From NCBI GenBank assembly GCA_958009085.1, contig OY253671.1, forward strand, positions 620,001-684,000: 64,000 nucleotides of DNA, given 5' to 3'. Numbering within the stretch: the stretch's first letter is position 1; each line of letters starts with the position of its first letter. This document shows, in pieces, positions 50,430-62,700 of this stretch. Position numbers and translations under genes: made by a program. Source of the stretch: Protoeuglena noctilucae. Its lineage: Eukaryota. A model generated the notes under the pieces. It was not told the origin of the DNA. It searched no databases and saw nothing but the letters and a program-made list of their open reading frames with translations.

Positions 50430-53400
50430 ATGGCGCCGCCCGGCGAAGCGAACCCCGCCGTCATGGAGGACGCGCCGTCGAGCCCCGTGGCCATGTGGAT
50501 GTGTGTCACGATACGCAGATTCTCAAAGCGTGCGCTCCGGTCTGGGCGGGCGGCCGGTTTGAGGGCCAGCCCCTGCGAAATGCCATCGGCTGCACGCCCC
50601 CTCGCAGGGGCGACGAAACGCCATGCAAGCTCGCCGGGGAGCCCGCGGACATGTCGGCGACTCCCTTCATGCAAGGCGACAATATCGCGCTGCTGACGCC
50701 GCCCACCGTGGCCCATTCCGGCTCCTGGGAGGAGAGCCTGCAGGTAGGCGCCCCGAAGCGCGGCGCCGCACCGTGACTGCATCGCGATGAGCTCTTCGAA
50801 CACAGTTTCGTTTTTCGCCAACCGCAGGGGTGGGTCGAAGCCGCGCGCGTTAACGGAGAGGCCACGCTAGGAACAATCACGAACGTTGCGGTGAACGAGA
50901 GCTCCCGGGCGGCGGAAGTCTGTTCTGCGACCGCGAGCAGCCTCGACAGGTGCGACAGGAACGGCGCTTATGCTAAGAAAGGCCAGCGCGGTCCGGGAGC
51001 GCACCCACCAAAGCGCCCCGCCCTCGACTATCCTCAGTCCGGACCGTGTGCCCTCGATGAGCCTCAACCCGCACTACGGGCGCCCTCCGCCGACCGCCCG
51101 CGCGTCGCCGGGTGACAAGCAGCCGCCGCCGACGCCGGCCCGCACCCCGCGGGGCCGCCGGGGCCCCAGCCTGGCCCTGCACATCCCCCTGGGGCCAATC
51201 GGCCACAGCCCTCGCCGCTCCGCGGCCGGGCGCTCGGCCAAGCCCGAGATCCCCCAGCTCTCCCGCGCCTGGGACGCCTCCTCCGTGACGCCCAGGCAGT
51301 CTCTGGACGGCGGCCTCTTCACCCCCGTCGACACCCCCAGCCGCGCCAGCACCCCACGCACCCCGGTCGAGGCCACGGACCCTCGCGTGCTGGGCAGCGC
51401 GCCCGAGGACTTCGGCCCCCGCGGCGCGGCCATCACCTGCCCCGCCTCGCCCAAGGCCTTCCGCAGCAAGCCCCTCCCCGCCAACAGCGCCCTCAACGAG
51501 CGGCGCGTGCTCGTGCACACGGGCCTCAAGCAGTCGAGCAGCTTTCAAATGCCCGGCACCTTCCGCTTCAACGACCACTTCCGCTTCCTCGGCATGATCG
51601 GACGATCGACGTTCAGGTGCGCGCGCGGCCGCCAGGGCCGGATTCTTCGGGCTCTTCCCGCCGGCCGCTCGTCGCTCACCCGCGCCCCTGGCCCCGCCCC
51701 CGCAGCATCGTCTACAAGGTCCAGCACCACGCGACCGGCGAGCACTACGCCGTCAAAGTCCTCACGCGGAAGCTGGTCTCACGCGCCGACCGAGAGCGCG
51801 CCCTGCGGGAGGTCAAGGTGGTGGCGGACCTGCCCGAGCACCCCAACGTGGTGTCGTACTACCGCGGGTGGCAGGAAGGCCGGCAGCTGCACATCCAGAT
51901 GGAGTACTGCGCCCGCGGCACCCTCGCGGCCCTGGTCCACCGATGGCAGGCCTCGCGGCAGATCCCGCCCGAGGTTGAGGTGTGGCGCGTGGCGCGGGAC
52001 GTCGCCGGGACCCTGGCCTTCATCCACGCCCACGGCATCGTCCACCTCGACGTCAAGCCCGAGAACGTCTTCCTGGGCGAGAACACCTTCAAGCTGGGCG
52101 ACTTCGGCCTGGCCATCCGCCTGGGCAGCGGCGGGCGGCAGGACTGGGAGGAGGGCGACGGGCACTACGTGGCGCCGGAGCTGCTGGCCTCCGACACGGG
52201 CCTCCCCACGGCCGCCGCCGACCTGTACTCCCTCGGCGCGACGCTGTTCGAGTGCGTGACGGGCGCACGCGTCCCCCGCAGCGGACGGGGCTCTTGCGCC
52301 CTCGACCAGCCGGTCTGGGACCACTTCTCCGCCGCGCTGCGCCAGCTGGTGCAGGCGCTCCTCAACCCGTGCCCGCCGGACCGCCCGTCGGCCCAGGACG
52401 TCCTGGACGGCATCGCCGCGCTCCCCATCGGCACGCTCCTCCCGCCCCTGCCGGCCGTCAATGCGCGGTCCAAGGGGTGGCACGGCGAGGACCCCATGGG
52501 TGAGGCTCGCGTGGCGCCTCCCGGCCCCGCCCGCCCTCTCCCTGCGCCCTGGCCCACCGCGGGGGCGCGACCCACACCCTCCCTGGCACCCCACGTCCGC
52601 ACCGACTTGGCGCCCCACCCCCGCAGGCCCCGACCCCGCCGCCTCGCGCCCGGAGACGCCCCTCTCGTGCGTCTCGCTCGAGTCGGACGGCCAGTCCCCG
52701 GAGGTCACCCTCAGGTTCCACGAGCAGGATGACCCAGAGATGGACCGCCTGGTGGGCGACATCACGCGATGCGGGCGCGCCTCCGCGGACGGACGCCGCG
52801 GGGCCTACTACGTCGACATGTCCGCGATGGACCCGGCGGGCCCGCGGCCGGGCGTCGTCCGGCCGGCGTCCCCGCAGTGGCACGCCCAGCTGAGCAGCAT
52901 CACCACGCGCGCCGTGTCGCTGCGGGCCAGGTCGCCCGTGCAGGGAGACCCGGCCCTCGGGCGCGTGTGGGTGCGCTCCCCCAGCTCCGCGGCGTCCACC
53001 CCGCGCGGCACGGCGTGGCGGCTGCGCCCGGACGCGCCTTGCGGGCCCCGCACGGGCGCCCCGAGCGGGCCGACGCCCCCGCCGGCAGCAGCCCCGAGGC
53101 CGGCTGGGTCTCGCCGCCCGCGCTAATGGGCCTCCCGGCGGCCGACGTCCGCCACGGGAGCCGCCCGAGCATCGGGTCGCTGTACGCCATCTCGGAGGAG
53201 TGCGGACGGGGCGCACGCCCGTCCCTGCCCGGCCACCTCCCGCGGGCCAGCGAGGGTTCCGTCCCCGGCTGGGAGTCGCTCCGCTGGGCGCACGTCCGCG
53301 GCCAGTTCGAGGCCCCCCAAGCGCCCACGGCGACCCACGTGCCCTTTGCCCCGCCACCGCCGCCCCGCCACTGGCCAGGCCAGGAGCCCCGCGCGGTCTC

Positions 53401-54807
53401 CCACGATCTCCCCGCCATGGAGCGCATGTCCCTCGACTGCCCCCGGGAAGCCGCCCCGGCGATGGATTTCGCCGAGCCTGTCTCGCCGGCGTTCTTTGGG
53501 CGAGCGGCCGCACTGCGTGCCTTCTCACATTGACTGCCGACCCTCCTGCGCTCCGCTGATCGTCCGCGCCCGCTCCGCGCAGGATGGCGCCGACCTCGGT
53601 GGCCCAGAGCGCGCCCCCGGTGGCCCCCGAGGCCCTGAGCCCGCCGGCCCCTGCGATCGACTTGGACGTGACGGGCCGGCACAGCCGCGAGAGGTCCTGG
53701 ATGGGGCAGATGCAGCGCGCGCGGCAGGCGACGACCGACCGCAGCGCTCCCTTCGCGGAGGCCCCCGCCTTCCAGCCCTTCGCCTTCGTCGCCCCCCCGG
53801 CCGCGCCCGACGCGGCCCTGCGCCGCCATGCCGTCGCCCGCCGCTCCTCCAAGTCCACCATCGACTCGCCGTCGAGCGCCTCCGAGGTGACCAGTCCTTC
53901 GCGGCTGAGGGCGTGGGCCAAGCGCCGTGCGTCCAGGCGTGCCTGGGCCACACACTGGGTGTCAGTCGCTTAGTGCTTGCACTGTGCCGCGTCCGCAGGA
54001 GGACAGGGATGACGGGCCGCGAGGGGGCATCTCCCGGGCGCTGTTCCGGGGATCGTCCTTCGCCCGGCCGACTGAAGACGCGGGTGCCCAGGGCGTGAAT
54101 GTGGAGGTGGCGCGGATGGCGCCGCTGGCGGACGCTGCCCCTGGGAGGGAGGAGGCGTTGCCCGCGCTGGCGGGGCGCCGCGTGCCGGTCTCGGAGGCCT
54201 CTCGGCGCGTCGCGCTCACCTCCGGCAGCGACGGCGTGCTCCTCACCCCGGCGGACAGCCCGCGCTCGGCTGCCGAGTCGCCGGGCGCTTCGAGGGACGG
54301 CGGCGGGGCGTCGTCGCCGTCCTTGGCACGCATGCCGGCCATCGCACCGAGGAGCCGCGTGCACAAGCCGGCCTCCGACTCGCCGCTCAAGTCGGCACAC
54401 CGGGACCGGCCCCGCACGCTGTCGCGCTCCCGCACGGCCACCGCCAAGGTGCTGGCGGAGGTGGCCGGGTGGATCCCGGAGGACGCGCCTTCCCCCGGAG
54501 CCACAACGGGGTTCGTCCCTACGCCCCAGTTCGGCAAGGTGACCCCCCATGGCAGCCTGGGGCCAGCGCGCTCCGGTCGGACGGGTCAGGGAGCCAGCAA
54601 GGCTACCGGGTGGTGCCCGGCAAGCGTTTGCATATGGCGGACATCCTTCCTGAGGTCCCCGCCCGCCCCGCGCGCCCGCAGACGCCCAGCCGCCGGTCCA
54701 TCTCCCTGCATGAGATGGCGCCGACGATGCCGTCGGGCACGCCGAGGAGCAGCACGGAGGACCAGGCCATGTGCGACGAGCGGAGGACCAGCGAGCAGTC
54801 ACTCTGA
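50430..54807 (+). CDS. WEE1: Wee1/Myt1-family protein kinase
   Basis: YAVK, HPNVVSYYRGWQE...IQMEYC, HLDVKPEN, KLGDFG and the family-typical EEGDGHYVAPE. SP/TP-rich N-terminus and long C-terminal tail. Gene ends approximate. Confidence 0.88.
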
Positions 54808-55200
54808 ATGCATGACCATCTACCACCTCTGACGCGCCCTGCGATGTTTGGTTACCCAGACCACCACGCCACGACCACCCTCGGCCCCCTACACCCTTTC
54901 CCAGTTTTCCTCTGACTAAGGTGCAGAGGCGCTTGTCCCAGTCCCTCTATGGCAATGGCTCGCTGCCATTGCCTTCTGCCGTGACGCCTGCGATGTGCAA
55001 GGCCGCGGCGATAAAACCCCTCGCAAGCGTCGCTTGCCAGGGTGTGCACTACTTTACTTCGCTTCCAACGATGCGGCGCGCGGCGGCCTGTGCGGAGGAT
55101 ACATGCTGGCATGCATGTGGCAATACGCGCTCAGCAGCTCTTGAAGCAGCCAGACTGCAAACTGGGAAAGGGCGCGACGCGATGCTTGGGGAAACACGAC

Positions 55201-56684
55201 TCAGGCAACGGGGAGGCCCCCGAAGCGTGGGATCTGGATGGGCGACGAGGTGGCCTGGGAGCGGCGCGAGGGGCTGGCCGGGTGCGAGAGCGCGGACTCG
55301 AGCGTCTCGCCCTCCTCGTTGTTCATGCGCTTCTCCTTCGAGTAGAGCTCGCTGCGGTCGAGGACGAGGAGACGCGCGGGACGTGGTGCGGGCAGAGTGT
55401 GTACAGGCGCCATGAGGGCGGTGTGTACAGGCACAAGCGCAAGTGCGTGGCTTTCAGGGAAGCTCGCGAGTCCCACCTGAGGCTGAGGGAGTGCTGGGCC
55501 AGCTGGTGGTTCCTGCCGGCCAGGTACATTCCGGCCGGGAGCTCCTTCCAGCCGTCGTGGGCAGGCACGTCGAGGGGCTCCGTGGCGACGGCCACGCTGC
55601 CGTCGGAGCCCAGCGTGTAGAACTGCGGGGCGGGCGGCGTGGAGCGACTCAGTCTCGGCTCACCTGCCGCCTGACCCTACCCTGCCCGGGCGGACTCGGG
55701 CGGCCAGGCGTGCACGTTGCGACGGGGCGCGCCCTCACCAGCGGCTCGCGCCCGGAGCAGTCCCGCGCTGCGAAGGCCGTCTGCCTGTCGTCATAGATGG
55801 CAAACGAGTAACTTCCCTCGAGCTCGTTGAGGAACACAATGGGTGAGTCACGGCTGCACAGATACATGTGCAAAACGACCTCGGCAGCTAGCGAGGCCGG
55901 GTCGGCCCGCAGCCAGTTCTTGCGGGCGACGGGCGAGTTGGGGATGCTTGCATTCTCGCCGCGGAAGAACGGCGACGTGGAGAGCAGCTCCTCCACGTTG
56001 CGGATGCAGCCGCGGAAGACGATGGTGGCCGAGCCATCTGGCGCGCAATACACGATGGGCTGCGTCCGCACCCCGGAGCACGTCTGGTGCGTCACGGGCC
56101 GGAAGCTGAGGAGCGCGCCGGGGAACTGCAGAGTGCGCGGGCGCCCCGACGGCGAGGACCTGCGGTTACGGCGTCAAGTAAGGTCCCTTACACGCATGAT
56201 TGCGAATACAATGCGAAGAGGTTTCACTGCGGTGCTCCCGGGGCTTCAACGTCGCGAAACCTCACCCCGACTCCCGGTAACTGCCGCCCAGCGCAGCGCC
56301 GTCCTGAGCATCGCCGGCGTCCGTGCTTCCACTCCCGGAGCTCCTTCTGCGGGAACAGAGCAGTCACAGGCCCGATGAGAGCCGAAAAGCCTCGGGACGC
56401 GCCGGGCCTGCAGGCTTTTGCACGCACCGGAAGGCGCCAAAGTGGCGGGCGGTCTTGCGGTCGAGGCTCGAGCGCGATTCAAAAAATCCCTTTTTCTGCG
56501 CACAAAGGGGCCACTTTTGATCATGTCGGGCCGGAGCGCGATGCGCAGCGCGCGTACGTGCTGGGCGTGACATGACTGGCCCAGCGCTGGGCGCCCTGCG
56601 ATTGCCGCGTCGCGAGGAGGGACTCACCGCCACCCACAAGTAGAAACCGCCTACTTGAGGGCTTTCATCGGGTCCTCCGGCCAT
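55201..56684 (-). CDS. Class-II glutamine-amidotransferase-like (DUF3700/Wali7/TSJT1-like) protein
   Basis: IVFRGCIRNVEEL, AEVVLHMY, LNELEGSYSFAIYD...FAARDCSGREPL|FYTLGSDGSV, ELPAG. No N-terminal catalytic Cys seen. Confidence 0.8.
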
Positions 56685-56953
56685 GGGTCGACGCACGGGT
56701 GGAGCCAGAGGAGCATACGAGCTTCTGGAGGCAGTCCAGCAATTCTCCTCGTTGCAGATAGCAAAGAGCGATTCCACGGGCTTGGCGATTGCAGCGCGGA
56801 TCGGCGAGAAGGAGCCTTTAGGGCGAGTTGAAACGCCAGTAGGTTTGCACCTCATAAGGAGAAGGGAGACCGAATCACGACCCCCGGTGGCAGAACAGCT
56901 TATTCATGTCCCCCTCGTGCCATGCATCCCTGACTCTGCCTCTGACTGCGCGG

Positions 56954-59730
56954 ATGGCGGCCGAAAATGTGCGAGTGGTGATCTGCGAGGATGCCCTGGA
57001 CAACCTGCTTGGCCTGGGATTGGGATCCCAGCAAGAAGTGCGCGGATGGGTGCTGGGCCATCAGCTGGGGGACTCCACGCACGTCGCCTGCGCGCTAGTC
57101 CCCTCCGTGGAGGGGGAGCGCGACGTCTTGGGCGACGTCCTCCGGGCTCTGTCGCTGGTGCCGCCCGGCATCGACTGCATCGGCGCTTTCTATGCTCTGC
57201 GCAAGGATGGCGGTCGCAAGGAGGGAAGCGCGGGGACAGAGGACCCCTTGACCGCCCTGGGCCAGGCGAGAGAGGCCCTCAGCATCGACATGCTGAGCTC
57301 TGACGCGGCCCGATTGCCTGCTTCGACGGGGGAGGAGGCCTCGCAGTGCCGGCGCTTCCAGCAGGCGCTGGCGTCGATGGGATGCAGGCGAGAGGCGTGG
57401 CGCAAGAGGGCGTGCGGTGCGGCGCGTCATGCCTGGCTGATGGCATGGCTCCACGCCCGCGCAGGGACGCCCGCCGCCCGCTGCTTTTGCACCTGGAGGG
57501 ACACGTGGCACCCTCGGACGGGCGCCCCGCCGAAGTCTCCGCCCGGGCCTACCTGGCAAACGTGCTGTCGGGGACACTGTCGGAAATCGCCAACCGGGTC
57601 GAGTGCCTACCAGCCCCGCGCATCTCCGACCTGCTCCGCCAATCGGGACTGGTCCTCTGCCGCGCCCGGGACTCCTGGGAAGTCTCGTTGCGACACCGGG
57701 ACAGTCGCAGTGTGTGCGCGGCCGTGGGGCGGTGTGGCGTGTGCTGCACGGCTCGAGCCCGCCCGCGAGGCTGGGTGGAGTGGCTGGGATCGTTGCTCTG
57801 GCCCCTGCCGTCACCGAGCATGGCCTTTGAGGATCCCGACGGGGCTGCAGACGCCGGCCTAGCAGACGGGCTGCGGTTGCGGCACTGGGGGGTGACGGTC
57901 GCAGAGTGGGGCGAGGGTGTGGTGCTGGGGTCTGTCCTAGACACCGCGGGCGAGCAGGGATCTACAGTTGGCAGCGCTTCTGCAGGGGTGGGGCCCTGGC
58001 CGGTGGAAATTGAGGCGGCGTGGGGAGGTGAACCCGGCACCTCGTCGGCTGATGGGGAGGGCAGCAAGTCTGGGGCGACGCGGGTGGTCTGCGAGGGCGA
58101 CTTGATGTTCTTCCTGCCGAGGGACGCGGGGCCGGCGGAGGGACGGTCGGCTCTGTGTGCTGCACAAAGGCGCAGGGGAGTGACCGTCTGCCGGGCGCTG
58201 CGACCGGCGACGTGGGAGGTGGGGACCCTGATGCAGGTGCAGACTTTGGCCTTCCAACCCGTCAGCCTCCCCTCCCCCGTCTCGGCCGCGTTCGTGCTCC
58301 GAGACGACGAGGAGGTACCAGACCCAAACAGCGGTGCCCAGACGGAGGGAACCATCGAGTCGCAAGCCTCGGCTGGGCGCCCGAGGGACGCGGCCCCGGT
58401 CACGCTGCCCAGGGTGGTCACGAGGGCGCTGCTGGGCGACCTAGACGAGTCGCAGCTGGCGGAGCAGAGGCGCAACGTTCATGCGGTGCTGGGGCTGCCC
58501 ACGTCGCGGCCCCTCTTCCTCGCCGGGCAGAGCTGGGACGTCGCGCGCGTGCGAGCGTGGGCGCGCGGGGAGGGGCCGGCGGGCGCGCGGGCGGAGGCGA
58601 GGGAGTGCTTTGCCATTGCCGGATGCTGGGACAGCGCAGGCGCGGCCGACGGGAGGTGGGGGGACCTGTGGGAGGAGCTGGACGCGTGGCGGGAGGCGGG
58701 GAGTATTAAACACCTCCGCAGCCTCCACGCCCGGGCGCCGGGGCTGCGGAGCCCACTCCCCGACACCTCTGTGCGTGCGTGCGTCCGCGGCGACTGGGAG
58801 TTATGGCACTACGGTCAGGGAGGCTCGCAGGACCGCGGGTGGGGTTGCGCGTACCGCAGCTTGCAGACCATCGCGTCGTGGTTCGTCGCCCAGGGTCTGG
58901 TTTGCCGGCCGGTCCCAATCATCCGAGAGATCCAGGCGAGAGCCGTTGCCCTCTGATACTTGGAACGTGCTCGTGGCGTGAGAGTGCACAAGCGATTCTG
59001 ATTTGGACTCCACGAGACTGCCTGGCTTACCGCATTGGCCAAGCGGTCTAACCAGCGCATTGCTCCGCAGGAGGCGCTGGTGGAGGTGGGCGACAAGGAG
59101 CAGTTATTCGTGGGCAGCCAGTCGTGGATTGGTGCTGTGGAGTTGGGGTTCGCGCTCGACCATCTCCTGGGCGTCACGGGGCGCATCGTGCACGTCCGCA
59201 GCGGCCTGGACATCCCAGCCCACGCGGCAGAACTGGCGGAGCATTTCCGAGTCCACGGCAGCCCTGTCATGGGTGAGGCTACGCTGCCCACGCGGCCCAC
59301 GCGCTGCATCGCCGACCACCTGGCGGATGCGGCAAGGCCAGCCGAGGTTGCATTACCAAGGTTGCTTTGCACTGCCGCGCGCAGTGGGTGGAGGGGTGCT
59401 GGCGTACACGATCCTCGGAGTGGAGCACGATCCGGCGAGCGGGGATTGCGCTTTGCTGGTGGCGGACCCTCACTACACGGGGCCTGACGTGGAGGACAAG
59501 GCGAGGATGGGAGGGAGGCACAGAGAGCCCTGTTGAGCGGTGACTGAACTACGACTCTACGTGTGTCATTACCACTGACGCTGTCGTCGCCTGGTCGGGC
59601 TTTGCAGGTCTTGGCCGGCCGTTGGGTGGCGTGGAAGCGGCCGACGGACAAGTCCGCGAGCGGGGGCGACCTTTTCAAGCCCAGCGCATTCTACAATCTA
59701 CTCCTGCCGCAAGTCCCCAAGGGCCCTTGA
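56954..59730 (+). CDS. UFSP2: UFM1-specific protease 2 (peptidase C78)
   Basis: HYGQGGSQDRGWGCAYRSLQT, FVGSQSWIG, GGGVLAYTILGV, DPHYTG and FYNLLLPQ, with a long N-terminal extension as in UFSP2. Confidence 0.95.
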
Positions 59731-59795
59731 ACACCTCAGCCGCTCTGCCACTCACACACCTGCGCCTCACTCTGCCACCCCGTGGCGCCCCTGGC

Positions 59796-62700
59796 TCATG
59801 CTTCGGTCGGCCGCCGTTCCTGGCCAAAGCGGTCCCGCTGGGACGAGGGCATCCCCTGGCGCTTCGGCGGGGGCAGCGGGCAGTTGCTGGGCATCTGGCG
59901 CTCTAAGTGGACCCAGTGGGACACCTCTCCGGTCCTCATCTCGTGCAGCCGCTCCTGGCGATGGCGTTTCCTGCGTAGGAAACGGACGCCCATTGGGTCA
60001 GTCGTGACGCAGCCACCGCTCTCTTCAGCTAGTGAAACGGCCATGCTGACAGCAGCTCGGCGGTACTCAAAACCGCAGACCCTGCGTTCGGTAGCGGCGC
60101 GGCACCCCTGCACTCTCGGCGCCCACCGCACCGACAGTGGGCAACGCAGCTCACCGCATCGCGTCCGCATCGTTGAACGCCCTCCGCGCGGCGTCGTCCT
60201 TCTGCTCCATGGCCTTGTGCTGCGCCTCGATGGCCTGCTTGCGGAGATGCTCCCGGCGGATGATGGGCGGGAGGTCGGAGAAGTCGCGCTCCTGGGCGTC
60301 GAATGGGATGTCACTGTGGGTCTCGAACAGGCGAGTCCACCAGGACTTGGAGTGGTCGTTCGGGCTCACGTACAGCTCTGCGAGGAGACCATGGGCTCAA
60401 CAGCTCACGTGCTCACAGCACGTGGCGCTCTCCATATGCAGCGAGGCGCGACCTGATGCAGTGCTGCCCGAACACCGCAGGTGCAGGGGCGCGCATGCAA
60501 AGCACCTGCGTTCGTCTTCTCGAGGAACAGCACGAGCCCGTCTGGGCCCTCTCCGCCGCCATAGTCCCACGTGCTCTGCACGCGGTTGATGCCTCGGTGC
60601 AGCTCGCCTTCCAGCCACACCTCGCCCGTGGTGGCGTGGCTGACCTTGACGCTACGCGGGCCGAGCTCCACGCGGATGTCGCGGCCTCGGAGCCCCGAGG
60701 GCACCCGCAGAGCCATCACGCGCACCTGCGAGGGCGGCCTCCTCACTCTGCACCCCACAGCACGATGCATGCCCAGCGCCTGTCCCGCGCCAGAGAGCCT
60801 CCAAATCGACCCTCACACACGTTGCCGACTGCCTGACTGCACCCGACACCCGGGCAGACATCACCCCTGAACCTACGAAAGCGCCTGCACCCGCTATGCA
60901 CCTCTGAGGCCGACTGGCGCCACCGCACGGACCGGTCGGCGACCTCCACCCACACCTCGTTGCCCTCCCGCTCCCGGATGTCATAGTACACTCTCGCCAT
61001 GGCCACCCCGCCCGTCTGCTTCCTCTCGGCTGTGCGGCCATGGGCATCAACCAGGCGGTAGATGCGGTGGGGCATGTCAATCTCCTTCTTGGGCCGAGTG
61101 GGCTCGCGCTCGCCGGCCCCGGACGTCCCGGTGGGGTCCTGGGCCCGAGGAGCGATGCGATGAGGCTGCAGGAGGTGGCTGAGGTCCTGCCAGGTCACCT
61201 GCAAGGACCAACACGCTGGGCCTTTACGAGGTTTACGAGGTGAGCGTGAGGTGACCCTTGAGCTTAGGGACCTTGGCAGGTGCAGCGGATGGGTGCTGTC
61301 CGTATCAGTGTTGCACATCGCAGCCCTCGCCTCAGAGCGGTCGTTGCAGGGCTCCCCGAGGATGCCGACAATTTCGTCAAGCAGGCTGGCGTCCTGGCCC
61401 AGCACACCCCGCACCCCGCAGGTGCCAGCGGCCTCCGTCAGAGCAGCCGACACAGCGCGACTGTCAGGCCCGCTAATGAGCGAGCACTGCGGAAGCGGCG
61501 AGCGACGCTTGTGCGGGGCTGCAAGCCACCGCATGATTGCAGCACGAACCTTGCCTGCCGGCCTGCGCAGTCAGCAATCATGCATCACCCGCAGGCTCAC
61601 CAGGCTGACCACGAGCACAGGCTTGCCATCCGTGGCGTCCCTCGTCACGCGAGCTCCCTCGATCGACACTTGCTGCAGCGGCACCCCCGCATACGCCGCC
61701 ACTGCCTCTCGCATCGCCTCCCGCGGCCGCGACCCCAGCTGAGCCGCGGAGGCACCCGGGAACGCCACGCGCACGCAGAGCTTGCACAGCGCCGCGCGCT
61801 TGGCGGGAGAGACCTCCGCTTGAGTGGACGCCCGGACACCGCTGCCCCCGTCGACCCCACCGCCCCCGATGGCCGATGCCGAGGGGCTCTCGGCCTCTGC
61901 CTTGCTGCGGCCCTTCCGGCCCCCGCTGGTCTCCTCGCCCGCCGACCCCAACGGAGGGCTGGCGCACTCCCCGTACCTGTGGGTGTCCTCGCTGCCCACG
62001 TCGCTCCCTGAGCCCCTCCTCTCCGCCTTCCTTTCCCGGGCAGTCCCCCGGCGCTCGTGAACGCCCTCCGCCTCCTCTGCGCTCTGCCTCTCGAGCAGCG
62101 ACAGCGCCCCCAGGTGCTCCAGGACAGCTGGGTCGACGTTGGCCGGCAGGCGTGGGCCGACGCCAGGCATCGACGACATCCCCAGGGGCCCATAGACAGT
62201 GTCCAGCACCGACTGCAGTTCTCCCTGACTCAGCTGGGCCCCGGCGTCCTGGAGCATGCGGGCCCACTCGCTGTGGTCAGGGTCGATGTCAGTGGCCCGT
62301 GTCAGGCACCGCACGGCCTCCCGAGGGTCGCAGTCCTCGTGGCCCGCCTCCGCAAGACAGGCCTTTCCGCACAGAGCCCACGCCTCGCCCAGCAGCGCCG
62401 TCTGCCTCTCCCTCTGCGGGCATGGGCCGGCAGCAGCCCAGAGCGTCGCACCACACGCGTCGGGACGGTCGTCCGGCTGACCCGCCCTGCGCTGCCTGAG
62501 AGACAGCCGAGTCTCGCGCACACCTGCTCTCGGCTCCCGGACGCCGTCGCGCGTTGGCTCGAGTGCACGGGGCCCTGCATTCCCTCAGCAGTGCCCCCGC
62601 TCCTCTCAGGGCCCCTCGCCTCCCGACCCTCGGCGCGACTGAGCACGCTCTCGACCGCCTGTCTGGCATGCTCCCGCGCCTGTAAGAAACACTTGGCGCC

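Noticed and set aside
1988..59730. Possible non-standard genetic code (TAA/TAG read as Gln, as in some ulvophytes)
   Set aside because: Conserved genes end at TAG (VPS20, RPN3), TAA (DDX55, p24) and TGA (CURT1, UFSP2), and I saw no in-frame stops in conserved exons.
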